64,000 bases of DNA from an uncultured Gemmatimonadales bacterium (lineage in GTDB: Bacteria; Gemmatimonadota; Gemmatimonadetes; Gemmatimonadales; GWC2-71-9): positions 1 through 64,000 of the forward strand of contig CAWJMT010000004.1 in the NCBI GenBank assembly GCA_963844035.1, read 5' to 3'. This document shows, piece after piece, positions 21,899 through 33,312 of this stretch (the first letter of the stretch is position 1; the number at the start of each line of letters is the position of its first letter). The notes under the pieces were generated by a model. It saw only the letters and a program-made list of their open reading frames with translations, was not told where the DNA came from and searched no databases. A program made the position numbers and the translations under genes.

Positions 21899-22372
21899 AC
21901 GCGTAGCACGTCATCCAGCAAGCCCCCACCCCCCTTGCGAAACAGCGAAACGATATCCTCGAGCGCGCGCCGTTCGCGCGGCCACGAGAAGCGCGCGGCG
22001 GCTTGCGTGGGAGCGAGCCAGGCCGCCTGGTCGTGCTCGCGCGACAGCTGCGGCGGCCGGCGCTCGCTCACGAACGCGGCGAACACCGGAATCAGCGCGA
22101 TTTGGTCCGAGTGATGTTCGTAGAACGCCTCGACGCGGCTGACATTGTAGAGGCGCCAGCGGTGTGAAGCCGGTCTCTTCGCGCAGCTCGCGCATCGACG
22201 CCTGGACCGGCGTCTCGCCCGCTTCGATCGTGCCGTGCACCGTCTCCCACGAACCGGGACAGCGGCCGCCCGATGCACGGCGCAGCGTCAACACGGCGAG
22301 GTCCTCCTCACTCCCCTCCGACCCGGCGTGCAGCACGTAGGTGTCCACGAACCGCACGCGCGCGTCGGTCAC
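21892..22372 (-). CDS. NUDIX hydrolase (NudB-like), frameshift near 22160
   Basis: [22 protein letters not shown]udix box; [11 protein letters not shown]. Confidence 0.85.
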
Positions 22373-22991
22373 GGGGTCCAGCGGGCAAACGCCTCCAGCA
22401 GCGCGAGCCCAGCTCCTTGTGACTTTTCCGGATGGAACTGCACGCCCAGCACGTTGTCGCACCCGAGAATCGTGGGAAACATCTCGCCGTACTCCGCCTG
22501 ACCGAGCGCCGCGCCGCTCGACGCCGCGTCGGGGTGGAAGCTGTGCACGTGGTAGAAGTACGCCTCAGGACCGGTGAACGCGCCGGCGAGCACCGGCTGC
22601 GTCCGGCCCCGCTCGGTGAGCTCGACCCGCGCCCATCCGACATGCGGCACCGGGAGCGAGGTGCGGAATCGCATCACGCCGCCCCGCAGCAACCCGAGCC
22701 CCGCCACGCCGGGCGCTTCTTCGCTCTGCTCGAGGAACAGCTGCAGCCCGAGGCAGATGCCGAGGGTGGGCGTGCCGGCCCGCACCGTCTCGCGCACCGC
22801 GTCGCCCGAGGCCGGTCTCGTTCAGGGCACGCATCGCGGGCGCGAAGTGCCCCACGCCCGGGAACGACGACCCGTTCCGCCCCGCGTACCACGGCCGGAT
22901 CGGTCGAGAGCACCGCCTCGGCGCCGACGGCCCGCAGCGCCCGCAGCACGCTCTGAACGTTCGAGGCGCCGTAGTCGACGACTGCGATCAC
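22369..22991 (-). CDS. hisH: Imidazole glycerol phosphate synthase glutaminase subunit, frameshifted
   Basis: VVDYGASN, LGICLGLQL, PHVGW, YHVHSF, QFHPEKS. Confidence 0.93.
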
Positions 22992-23582
22992 GCGAGCGTC
23001 CCCTTGGTCGAGGGCACACCCTGCACGCGCGGGATCGATGCTGGTGGCCTCCCCGAGCGCGCGGGCCGTCGCCTTGAAGACGGCCTCGACCACGTGATGT
23101 GCGTTTTGCCCGCGCAGCAGATCCACGTGCAGCGTGAGGCCGCCGTGCGTCGCGAACGCGCGGAAGAACTCGGGCGTGAGGGCCACGTCGTAATCCCCCA
23201 GCTTCTGCCACGTGGGTGGATCGGCGTGGAACGCGAGGTACGGACGCCCGCTCACGTCGACGACCACGCGGGCCAGCGCGTCATCCAGCGGCACGGTGGC
23301 ATCGCCGTAACGGCGGATGCCCCGGCGCTCGCCCAGCGCCTGGGCGAGTGCCTGGCCGAGCACGATCCCCACGTCTTCGACCGTGTGATGGGCATCCACG
23401 TGCAAGTCCCCCGCGGCGCTCAGTTCGAGATCGTACAGCGCGTGGCGGGCGAGCGCCTCGAGCATGTGGTCGAAAAACCCGATGCCGGTCTTCACCTCGG
23501 CGCGCCCCGACCCGTCGAGATCGAGCCGGACACGCACTTCGGTTTCCTTGGTCTTGCGCCGCGCTTCTCCAACCCGGCTCAT
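22988..23582 (-). CDS. hisB: Imidazoleglycerol-phosphate dehydratase, frameshift near the C-terminus
   Basis: RKTKET, GIGFFDHML, GDLHVDAHHTVEDVG, NAHHVVEA, PSTKG. Confidence 0.95.
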
Positions 23583-24691
23583 GGTGCACTCCTGAAAATC
23601 GCCGTGAGGCCGGCGAGAACCGCGTCCACGTCCTCCATAGTCCCGGCGGTGATGCGGAGGCAGCCCTCGAGGCCCGGCCCCGCAGACACGTTGCGCACCA
23701 GGATCCCGTGCTGCTCAACCAGACGCCGGAACACCTCCGCCGCCGGCTGCGCTTCGCAGCGGATCAGGACGAAGTTGGCGGCCGTGGGAAATGCGCGCAG
23801 ACCCTCCATCTTGGCAAGGCCGCGATACAGCCGGTCGCGCGCATCGCGCACCCGCTGAGTGGACTGCTCGAGCACGTCGCGCGCATCGAGCGCCGCGTGC
23901 GCCGCGGCGAGCGTCATGCGATTGACGTTGTAGGGCAGCTTGGCTTTGGTGATCTCGCGCGCGACCGCCGGATGCGTGAGCGCGTATCCGAACCGCAGCC
24001 CGGCGAGCGACATCGCCTTGCTGAAGGTGCGCAGCACCACGAGCCGCGCATGCTCCGCAAGCAGCGGCACCGCCGTCGGGCCGCCGAAGTCCTGATACGC
24101 CTCATCCACGACGATCAGCGCCTCGGTCTCGTCCAGCAGCCGCGCCACGGCGTCGTCGGGGAGCGGCGTGCCGGTGGGATTGTTGGGCGAATTCACCACG
24201 ATCACCCGGGCCTGCGCGGCGACCGCCGCGCGAATCAGCGCCGGGATGTCGAACGCGAAGTCCTCGGTCAGCGGCACGCCCACGTGGCGCCCGCCGAACA
24301 CCTCGGTCAGCAGCCGGTACAGCGTGAAGGTCGGGACCGGGCTCACCACCGTCGCCCCCTCGCCCACCGTGACCGCCAGGGTCGCCTGGATCAGCTCGTT
24401 GGAGCCGTTACCGACCAGCACCCCGTCCGCACTCCAGTCGTGGCGTGCCGCTAGGCGCGCGAGCAGCTCGGTCGGCGAAAAGGGCGGGTAGCGGTTCCAG
24501 TCCTCCACGCGCAGGCGCGCGAGCACGGCGTCCTTGAGCGCGGCGGGGGCGTCGAACGGGCTCTCGTTCTGATTGAGCTTGCGGCGCGCTTCGGGCGCCA
24601 CGAGGGTGTAGGCGGATTGCGCCCGCACCTTGGGTTTGATCAGGGCGAGCGCGGCGTCGGCCGTCGGGAGCGCAGCAGGCGACAGGGGCAT
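23579..24691 (-). CDS. hisC: Histidinol-phosphate aminotransferase
   Basis: LNQNESP, GNGSNELI, SPNNPTG, DEAY, RTFSKAMSLAGLRFG. Confidence 0.95.
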   Translation of the reverse strand: MPLSPAALPTADAALALIKPKVRAQSAYTLVAPEARRKLNQNESPFDAPAALKDAVLARLRVEDWNRYPPFSPTELLARLAARHDWSADGVLVGNGSNELIQATLAVTVGEGATVVSPVPTFTLYRLLTEVFGGRHVGVPLTEDFAFDIPALIRAAVAAQARVIVVNSPNNPTGTPLPDDAVARLLDETEALIVVDEAYQDFGGPTAVPLLAEHARLVVLRTFSKAMSLAGLRFGYALTHPAVAREITKAKLPYNVNRMTLAAAHAALDARDVLEQSTQRVRDARDRLYRGLAKMEGLRAFPTAANFVLIRCEAQPAAEVFRRLVEQHGILVRNVSAGPGLEGCLRITAGTMEDVDAVLAGLTAIFRSAP

Positions 24692-24704
24692 GGGCGTCGC
24701 GGAG

Positions 24705-26928
24705 CTAGCGGCGCCGGCCGAGCACCGCTTCCAGCCGCGCCGACAGGGCACGGGCTCGGAACGGTTTGGTCAGGAAGTCGTCGGCACCAAGCTCGAACAC
24801 CCGAACTTCGTTGTCCTCGTCCCCTTTCGCGGTGAGTACAATCACCGGAATGCCGGCGGTGGCGGGCCGCGAGCGCAGGTGGGACAGGACGCCGTACCCG
24901 TCGAGGCCGGGCAGGTTCAAATCCAGGACGATGATGTCGGGTCCCACGCGGTCGATCTCGTTCAGGGCCTGGGCCCCGTCGCGCGCCTCGGAGACGGTGT
25001 AGCCGTCACGCTCGAGCAGCTCCTTCATGACTTTCCGCAGGCTGTCCTCGTCGTCCACCAGCAGGACTTTGGCCGATGCGCGCCCGTGCGGACCGGAGCG
25101 GCGCGGCGGCAGCGGCTCCTCAAGCAGCTCGAAGGTCTCTTCCAGCACGGCCGACACTTCCATAATTCCAGGGACGGGTGACTGCCGAGCCGTCCGGCCG
25201 GTGCGCGGCGGGGGTGGAGCGGGTGGCGCCGCGTCGTCTTGTTGCGGCACGTCGACCACCCGGAGCAGCTCGTCGAGCGTCGATTCGCCCCGCAGCACGT
25301 GCCCCAGGCCGCTCTCCCACAACCCCCGCATCCCGGAGCGCCGCGCGGCCTCCGCGATCTTGGGCGCGGGCTCGCCCGCGGCCACGGATCGCTCCACCTC
25401 CGGCGTCATGGTCAGCACTTCGAGGATGGAAAAACGCCCGCGATAGCCCGTCATGGCGCAATCGGGACATCCCGCGGCGCGGTACAGCGGCGTTCCCGTC
25501 GGCAGCCATTTCCTCAGGGACTCTGCCGGCGCTTCCATCCAGACTTCCTTGCAGGTGGGGCAGAGTTTCCGCATCAGCCGCTGCGCCACGACACCCCGCA
25601 ATGCCGCGGCGATCTTGTACGCCTCGACACCGATGTCCACCAGACGCGTGACGGCGTTGGCGGCGTCGTTGGTGTGCAGGGTGGACAGCACCAGGTGGCC
25701 GGTGAGGGACGCCTGGATCGCGATCTGCGCAGTCTCGCGGTCCCGGATCTCGCCGATCAGCACGACGTTCGGGTCCTGGCGCAGGATCGACCGCAGGGCC
25801 GACGCGAACGTCAAGCCCCGCCTTCTCCTGCACCTGCACCTGGACGATTCCCGCCATGCGGTACTCGACCGGGTCCTCGACCGTGACGATGTTGACGCCC
25901 TCGCTCTTGATCTGATTGATGCACGAGTAGAGCGTGGTCGTCTTGCCGGAGCCGGTCGGCCCCGTCACGAGGATGATCCCTTCGCGGAACTGCAGCAGGC
26001 GCTGGATCGCGGCGGACTCATCGGCCGCGAGCCCGAGGGACTCGAGCGAGCGCACCGTGGCGCGCGAGTCGAGGATTCGGATCACGACCTTCTCGCCCAG
26101 CGTCGCCGGCAGCGTCGAGACGCGCAGGTCGATCGGCTGGCCGTTCACGGCAACCCGGGCGCGGCCGTCCTGCGGGCGCAGCCGGTCCGCGATATCCAGC
26201 GACGACATGATCTTGATGCGCGAAATCAGCGGAATGCCGGCGGCACGGGGGATCTTCATCACCTGCCGCAGCACCCCGTCGATGCGGTAGCGCACCGCCA
26301 CGCCGCCTTCTTCGGGCTCGATGTGAATGTCACTCGCGCGCGACAGGATGCCCTCGGAGACGATGAGGTCCACCAGCCGCACGACGGGCCGCTGGCTCGC
26401 CTGCTCCGCCGAGACCGTGATCTCGTCGGGGCTCTCATCGGCGAGCTGGACCACGTCGGCGGTGTTCTCCAAGCCCTCGAGCAGCACGTTGATGGACTTC
26501 TCGGGCCGGTACAGCTCGTCGAGCTTCTCGGCGATCCGGGCAGGATCGAGCACGAGCGCCCGGATTTCGCGCGCGGTCGCGAAGGCGAGCGCCTTCTCCG
26601 CATCCAAATCGAAGGGGTTCGAGGTCGCGACCTCGAGGAACGAATCGGTGATGCGGAGCGGCAGCACGCGGAAGCGGCGCGCCAGTTGCTCGGGGACTTT
26701 CTGGGCAACCGTCGGGTCCAGCTGCCCCACGTTGGCGATCTTGATGCGGAAGCGCGCAGCGAGGGCCGCGAGGATTTGCTCGTTGGTCGCGACCTTCTCC
26801 TTCACCATCGTCTCCCACAGCGTGCTCGTCGGACCGATCTGCGCGCGTAGCTCGGCTAGACGCTCAGGCGTCAGCAACCCCTCGAGGGAGTGCACCAGCC
26901 ATTCATCAGAAAAGACGGTGTCGGGCAT
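24705..26928 (-). CDS. GspE/PilB-family secretion ATPase with C-terminal receiver domain, frameshift near 25815
   Basis: [49 protein letters not shown], CxxC pairs; C-terminal [16 protein letters not shown]. Confidence 0.9.
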
Positions 26929-27001
26929 GGATTAACCTACCAAACCTAGCGTTAGCGGCCGCACGTTCCAACCCGGCCAACCCGGCTCAATCCCGTAGCA
27001 C

Positions 27002-29055
27002 TCACAGGATGTCCCAGAAATCACGCGTCACGTCGAACGTGACCGCTCCCTGGTGGCTTTGCGCGCCGAAGCCCGCTTCCACGCGAATCAGGCCCAGCCA
27101 TTCGACCGCCAGGCCAAATGTCACACGCGCCCCGGGGGTGGCCGCCCATGGCGTTCCCTCCACCTGCCGGTCGCTCCACCCGCCCGCCACAAAGGGCGCG
27201 ACGATCACCGAGCCTGGCGTGCGAGCGAACGCGCCCACCGCGAGCGACGGGAACGGCACGGGGACGCGCCACTCGGCGTGGGCCAGCGCCATCCGCCTTC
27301 CCCCAAACACGCGAAAGTCCTCGCCGAGCAGCGTTCCCCGGCCGCCGAGCACGAACGCCCGGTGCGCCGGGAGGTCGGCGCTGGCAACCCCGCCCTGCAC
27401 GCGCACCAGGCCGCGCGTCGCGCCCATTGGAAACAGCACGTGCCCCGCGACAGCGGTCCGCGCGTACGTCGCGCCGCCGTCCAGCCGGCCTCCCTCGAGG
27501 GCGAATTGAAAGAGGGGCACGCGAGCCCATCGCTGCGGCGCCGCAGCGTGACGGCCACGAGGTCGACGCTGCTGCCGCCTAGAGCCCGGATTGGGGCGGA
27601 GCGTGCCGCTCGCCGGCGCGGCGGTCACCGGCAGCGAGTCGATCGCTTCGTGGCCCACGCTGGTGCCCCACTCGACGCGCGCCCCGAGATCGTGGCGATA
27701 CGTGGCGCGCGCACCGGTCGCCAGGTAGTAGTCCCCGTAGTCGTTGCCCAGCTCCTGGCCGCTGAGCGAATTGACGAGCCCGTGAAATGACCGGCACGTC
27801 ACCCACGTCGCGCACGGTGCGGTAGCCCGCGATCTCGAGCGCCCCGCGGCCCCGGCGCAGGATCGCGGTCGCGCGACCCGTCGGCTCGCCGCCGGCGAAC
27901 CCGTACCCGCCGAACGCCCGCAGCTCCGCGCGCGTCGCCCCCGCCCCCTCCGCGCCACACCAGCCCTGCTCCCAGGGCGAGCCCTTCGACCCGATTCCAG
28001 TGCACCAGGTCACTGAACGACTGCGCGCCGAGCAGGCGCGTCTTCAGGCCCGACAGCGCCTGCCCACCAGCGACCCGAGCGATCTCGGCGCGCACCGCAG
28101 CGAGGTCGTCCTGGCGCACGGGCTCGGCCTCTCCCTGGATGGCGGCGGTGAGGGGCTCCGGGCCACGGGAACGAGTCCCGCTCCGGCCTCGGGGACCGCG
28201 CTGATCTCCGGCCCGTCGAACCAGCTGTTCACCAGTCCCAGATTGAGCACGTAGCCGTCCACGTCCCAGCGCCCGCGGATGATGCCGCGGGCCGGCAGGT
28301 CGAGCCACGTGGACCGGCGGCGGATCTCGATCTCCTGACGGTAGGGAAGCCAGAAGCGTCCCTCCCAGAGCGCGTTCTCGAGCACCACGTTGATGTCTTC
28401 CAGCTGCGGATCGATGTAGGCGGCCGCGGTGAAGCTGAACGCGAGACGCACCAGATCGGCGCTCCCGACGTCGAGGTACAGCGTGCCGACGATCGCCGGC
28501 TGATCCCCCCGCTTGGGCCGGACGTGCAGCGCCACCACGCGCACGACGCGTTGCGGCAGGGTGATCGTGGTCGTGTCGCCCAGCGCGTAGTCGTATAGGT
28601 CGGGCCCGAGGGGACCCAGGGGGTGCGGCACGTCCCGCGCCTCGTCCCCGTCGCCCAGGCGGATCGCGGCGCCGAAATTGTTCTGCACGATGCCGAGGTG
28701 GTCGCGATGGTACGCGATATCGGTGGGAAGCTCGGCCCGGTCGCGCCAGCCGACGATGCGTTGCTTGCTCAGGCCCGGGGCTTTCCAGTACACTTCCAGC
28801 TCCAGCTGGTCGGCTTTTACCAGGCGCGGCGGCGCTGCCAGCCCCTCGCCGAACTGCCCGAGAAAAAAGACGAATCCGTGTGCCTGGGCCTTGTAGTCGC
28901 GCAGAGCACGTGTCGCTCGCGACACTGCTGCGGCGTTCGATGCCGCGTCGAGCCAGCGCCACGCCGTCAGCGCTGTTCCACGTCTGCGCGGCGCCCGACC
29001 GGGCGGCGCCCGCCAGGGCAAGGACGACGTACGCAACGAGCGGCAGGCGACGCAT
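27002..29055 (-). CDS. Outer-membrane/secreted hypothetical protein with C-terminal beta-barrel, multiply frameshifted
   Basis: Signal peptide MRRLPLVAYVVLALAGAARSGAAQ; amphipathic strands; LGGRGTLLG..FGGRR Omp85-like tail; ends FWDIL. Confidence 0.7.
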
Positions 29056-29085
29056 TGCGGCGAAATCTAAGTACCAAGTGCCAAG

Positions 29086-30580
29086 TTGATTGACCCACGC
29101 GCCGAATTCATGAGCCGGGCCCGCGCACGGCGGCATGGTGCCGCTGGTGCGCGAGGTGGTGCTCGACGCCGACACCGCGGTCGCCGCGCTGGCCAAGGTG
29201 GCGCGGCCGCCGTTCGCGTTCCTGCTCGAATCGCTGGTGGGCGGCGAGCGCTGGGCCCGCTACACGTTCCTGGGAACGGAGCCGCGCGAGGTGTGGCGGT
29301 ACCGGGGCAACCGGGTGGAGCGCTGGACGCGCGCCACCGGCTGGGCGGCCGCCGGGGAGACCACCGATCCCATCGGCCACCTCGCGCAGCAGCTTCGGGC
29401 GCTGCCCGCCATCGAGGTCCCGGGGTTGCCCCGTTTTACCGGGGGCGCCGTCGGGTACATCGGCTACGACGTGGTCCGCACCATCGAGCGCCTCCCCCGC
29501 CCGCCCGCCGACACGCTCGGCATTCCGGACGCGGTCATGATGATCGCCGACAGCCTGGTGATCCTCGACAATCTCTTCGGCCGCGCCATCGTGGTCGTGA
29601 ACGTCGAAGTCCCCCAGGGCGGCGCGCCCGCGGCGCTGGCGCGGCTGTACGACGCCGCCGAGCAGCGGCTCGACGAGCTGATCGGGCGCCTCGGCGACAC
29701 CCATCACCTGGCTCCCCTCGGCCTGCAGGACGGCGTCGCCCCCATTCCGACCGTCTCGCGGTACCCGCGCGAAGCGTTCGAGCGCGACGTGGCGCGTATC
29801 CTCGAGTACATCAAGGCGGGGGACACGTTCCAGACGGTGCTGTCGCGCCGCCAGGAGGCGCCGGGTGCGACGGACCCGCTGCGCCTGTACCGCTACCTCC
29901 GGGCGCTCAACCCCGCTCCCTACCTCTTCTATCTGGCGCTGGACGACTTTGCGCTCGTGGGCAGCTCTCCCGAGGTGCTGGTGCGGGTCGAGAACCGCGA
30001 GGTCACGGTGCGGCCGATCGCCGGGACCCGCCCCCGGGGAGCGACGCCCGCCGAAGACGAAGCCCTCGCCCAATCGCTCCTCGCAGATGAAAAGGAGCGC
30101 GCCGAGCACATGATGCTCGTGGACCTGGGACGCAATGACGTGGGCCGCGTGGCCCAGTACGGCACCGTGCGGGTCACCGATCTGCTCACGATCGAGCGCT
30201 ACTCGCACGTGCAGCACCTCGTGAGCGAGGTCCGGGGCCAGCTGCGCGACGGCTACGACGCGCTCGACGTGTTCAAGGCGTGCTTCCCGGCAGGAACGGT
30301 GTCGGGCGCGCCCAAGGTCCGCGCGATGGAGATCATCGACGAGCTCGAGCCCGAGCGCCGCGGCCCCTACGCCGGTGCGGTCGGCTACGTCGGCTGGGGG
30401 GCGACCAATCTGGACACGGCGATCGCGATCCGCGCCGCCGTCGTGCTGCAGGACCGCGTGGTGGTGCAGGCGGGTGCCGGCATCGTCGCCGACTCCGATC
30501 CCGCGCGGGAGTTCGCCGAGACCGAAGCGAAGGCGCAAGCGGTGTTGCGAGCGCTGGCGCTCGCCAAGGCCGGGGATTGA
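29086..30580 (+). CDS. trpE: Anthranilate synthase component I (5' end uncertain; main ORF from 29135)
   Basis: FLLESL.GGERWARY, GGAVGYIGYD, NPAPYLF, GSSPE, PIAGTRPRG, EHMMLVDLGRND, FPAGTVSGAPK. Confidence 0.95.
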
Positions 30581-30596
30581 ACTATATTCGGCCCCT

Positions 30597-32222
30597 GTGT
30601 TTAAGCTGCTGAGCACAACGGGCGACCAGTCGATCGACCTGGCGCCCGGCCGCGCGGTGATCGTCGGGCGCGCCGTCACAAGCGACGTCCCGGTTTACGA
30701 TCCCACCATCTCGCGGCAGCACGCCGAGCTGCTGCTCACCGACGGCGGCGTCCGCATCAAGGACCTCGGCTCCTCCAACGGCACATTCCTGAACGGCGCC
30801 CGCATCACCGAGGCCGTCGCCGGCGACAGCGACGTCGTTACGTTCGGCAAGGTCGCCTATCGGGTGAAGGCGGTCAGCGCGCCGGCGCCGCGGCCGCAGG
30901 TCGTGCCGTCGTTCCAGACGCCGAAGCCCGGCGCGGCGATGGGCGGGACCATCGTGCGGCAGCTCCCGGTGAGCGCCTCGGGCGGGGTCCCGGCCATTGT
31001 GGACGCCACGCCGAGCGTTTCCCCGTCGGGCGCTTCCCACCTCAAGGTCACGGCGCAGTCCCAGGAAGAGCGGCGCGAGAAGAAGCTGTCGCTGCTGCTC
31101 GAGATCTCGAAGGAGCTCTCCAAGCAGCAGGAGCTGGACCGGCTGCTCGACAAGGTGGTGGATTTCACGTTCCAGATCATGAACGTGGACCGCGTCTCGA
31201 TCCTGCTGCTCGAGCCCACGACCAACGAGCTCGTGCCGCGCATCTCGAAGAGCCGCTCCGGCAGCTCGGGCGCGGGGAAGCACGTGCCGCAATCGATCGC
31301 CCGCAAGGCGGTGGAAGAGCGCGTCGCCATCCTGTCCGACAACGCGGCCGCCGACGAGCGCTTCAAGGGCAAGTCGATCCTGATCCAGAGCGTGCGCAGC
31401 GCCATGTGCACGCCGCTCATGGGCACCGATCAGAAGGTGCTCGGCATCCTCTACGTGGACAACCGCACCGCCACGCATTCCTTCGCGGACGAAGATCTCG
31501 AGTTCCTGATCGCGTTCGGCAGCCTCGCCGCCGTCGGGGTCGAGAACTCGCAGCGCTCCGAGCAGCTGCGGCGCGAGGCGCTGGTCCTGTCCAACTTCCA
31601 GCGCTACTTCGCCCCGAACCTCGCCGCGCAGATCGCGCAGCAGGAAGGCGCGGTGCAGCTGGGCGGCACCAAGCGGCCGGTGGTGATCTTTTTCTCCGAC
31701 ATCCGCGGGTTCACCCCGCTGTCCGAGTCGATGGGGCCCGACGAGATCGCGACCCTGCTCACCGAGTATTTCACCGAGATGGTGGAGATCGTGTTCGAGC
31801 ACGCCGGCACGCTCGACAAATTCATGGGGGACGCGATCATGGCCTTGTGGGGCGCGCCGATCGCCCATGAGGACGACGCCGATCGCGCCATGAAATGCGC
31901 CGTGGACCAGCTCAAGGCCCTGGAGAAGCTCAACGTCAAATGGAAGAACGAAGGACGGCCGGAGCTGGGGATCGGCATCGGCATCAACTTCGGTGAGGTG
32001 TTCGCCGGCAACATCGGGTCCAACCGCCGCCTCGAGTACACCGTCATCGGCGACGCCGTCAACACGGCGAGCCGGCTCTGCTCGTCAGCCGGCCCCAACG
32101 AGATCCTGATTTCGGAGTCGTTCTACCAGCAGCTCAAGGACCCTCCCACGGTCGAAGCCCTGGAGCCGGTGCAGGTGAAGGGGAAGTCGAAGCGGGTGCA
32201 GGTCTACCGGGTGAAACGGTAG
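30597..32222 (+). CDS. FHA-GAF-class III adenylate/guanylate cyclase
   Basis: VGR..ISRQHA..DLGSSNGTF FHA, SAMCTPL..GILYVDN GAF, FSDIRGFT, DKFMGDAIM, YTVIGDAVNTASRL. Confidence 0.92.
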   Translation: MFKLLSTTGDQSIDLAPGRAVIVGRAVTSDVPVYDPTISRQHAELLLTDGGVRIKDLGSSNGTFLNGARITEAVAGDSDVVTFGKVAYRVKAVSAPAPRPQVVPSFQTPKPGAAMGGTIVRQLPVSASGGVPAIVDATPSVSPSGASHLKVTAQSQEERREKKLSLLLEISKELSKQQELDRLLDKVVDFTFQIMNVDRVSILLLEPTTNELVPRISKSRSGSSGAGKHVPQSIARKAVEERVAILSDNAAADERFKGKSILIQSVRSAMCTPLMGTDQKVLGILYVDNRTATHSFADEDLEFLIAFGSLAAVGVENSQRSEQLRREALVLSNFQRYFAPNLAAQIAQQEGAVQLGGTKRPVVIFFSDIRGFTPLSESMGPDEIATLLTEYFTEMVEIVFEHAGTLDKFMGDAIMALWGAPIAHEDDADRAMKCAVDQLKALEKLNVKWKNEGRPELGIGIGINFGEVFAGNIGSNRRLEYTVIGDAVNTASRLCSSAGPNEILISESFYQQLKDPPTVEALEPVQVKGKSKRVQVYRVKR

Positions 32223-32783
32223 GGACGGCCGAACTGCACGAGCAGGTCGAGCACCAGCCGCAGCGGTAAGCCCATCACACTGAAGAAGTCCCCTCGAATT
32301 CCTTCCACCAGAGCCGCTCCGCGCCCCTGGACCGCATAGGCGCCCGCCTTGTCCATCGGCTCGTCGGTCGAGACATAGCCCGTCGATGGTCTCGCGGTCG
32401 AGCGTGCGGAAGGTCACGTCGGTGACGTCGAGGGCATGCAACACGCGGGTGCCCAGGGCCAGCGCGACGCCCGTCATCACGTGGTGCGTGCGCCCCGAGA
32501 GCTTCCCCAGCATCACCGCGGCCTCCTCGTGCGACACAGGTTTGCCCATCACCTCGCCGCGGATCACCACGGTCGTGTCGGCGCCCAGCACCAGCTCCGC
32601 GGGCTCGTGCGCCGCGACCGCCGCCGCCTTGGCGCGCGCCAGGCGGACCACGTAGGCCTCAGGGGCCTCGCCGGGGCCGCGGGTCTCGTCCACGTCCGGC
32701 ACGACCACGCGGCAGGGGATCCCGAGCATCTGGAGCAGCTGCAGGCGGCGCGGGCTGCCGCTCGCCAACATGATCGGCTTCAC
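32204..32783 (-). CDS. maf: Maf-family nucleotide pyrophosphatase, frameshift near 32380
   Basis: LASGSPRR, GADTTVV..GKP, EPMDKAGAY..QG, VMGLP. Confidence 0.9.
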
Positions 32784-33224
32784 TTCTCGAGGATCAGTGT
32801 GACGGGGCCATCGTTCACGAGCTCGACTTCCATTGAGGCGGCGAACTCTCCGGTTTCGACCCGCATGCCCCCACTGCGCTCCCGCAGCAGCGCCACGAAC
32901 CGCTCGTACAGCGGGAGCGCCACGCCGGGCGCCGCGGCGGCGGTGAAGCTCGGCCGCCGGCCCTTGAAGGCGTCCCCGTACAGTGTGAATTGGGAAACGA
33001 CGAGGAGCGCCCCACCCACCTCGTCCAGGTCGAGGTTCATCTTGCCCTGCGCGTCGCCGAGCAGCCGGAGGCCGAGGATCTTCTCGGCCATCCAGTCGAG
33101 CGTCGCTTCGTTGTCCGTTGGGGCGAAACCCACGAGGATGAGATACCCAGGGCCGATCTTCCCGGTCACGCTACCGCCGAGCGCGAACTTCGGCTCGGGA
33201 GACGCGCTGCAGCACGACTCTCAC
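32780..33224 (-). CDS. dtd: D-aminoacyl-tRNA deacylase, frameshift near the 5' end
   Basis: RVVLQRVSRA, VSQFTL, KGRRPSF, VNDGPVT. Confidence 0.93.
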
Positions 33225-33246
33225 CGGACGCCTCCCTGATCCGGCA

Positions 33247-33312
33247 GGCGGGTGGGCGGGTGGGCGGGAAGCCACTCGATTACCCGCCTTCCCGCCCTCC
33301 CGCCTTCCCGCC
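33247..33312. repeat. Inverted pair of 8-bp GGCGGG(TG/AA) tandem repeats just after the glmS stop
   Basis: GGCGGGTG-GGCGGGTG-GGCGGGAA (33247-33270) against four NNCCCGCC units (33281-33312). Confidence 0.88.

Noticed and set aside
15543..33312. Short repeats as a CRISPR array
   Set aside because: Units are 7-8 bp and contiguous with no spacers, and no cas genes are present.
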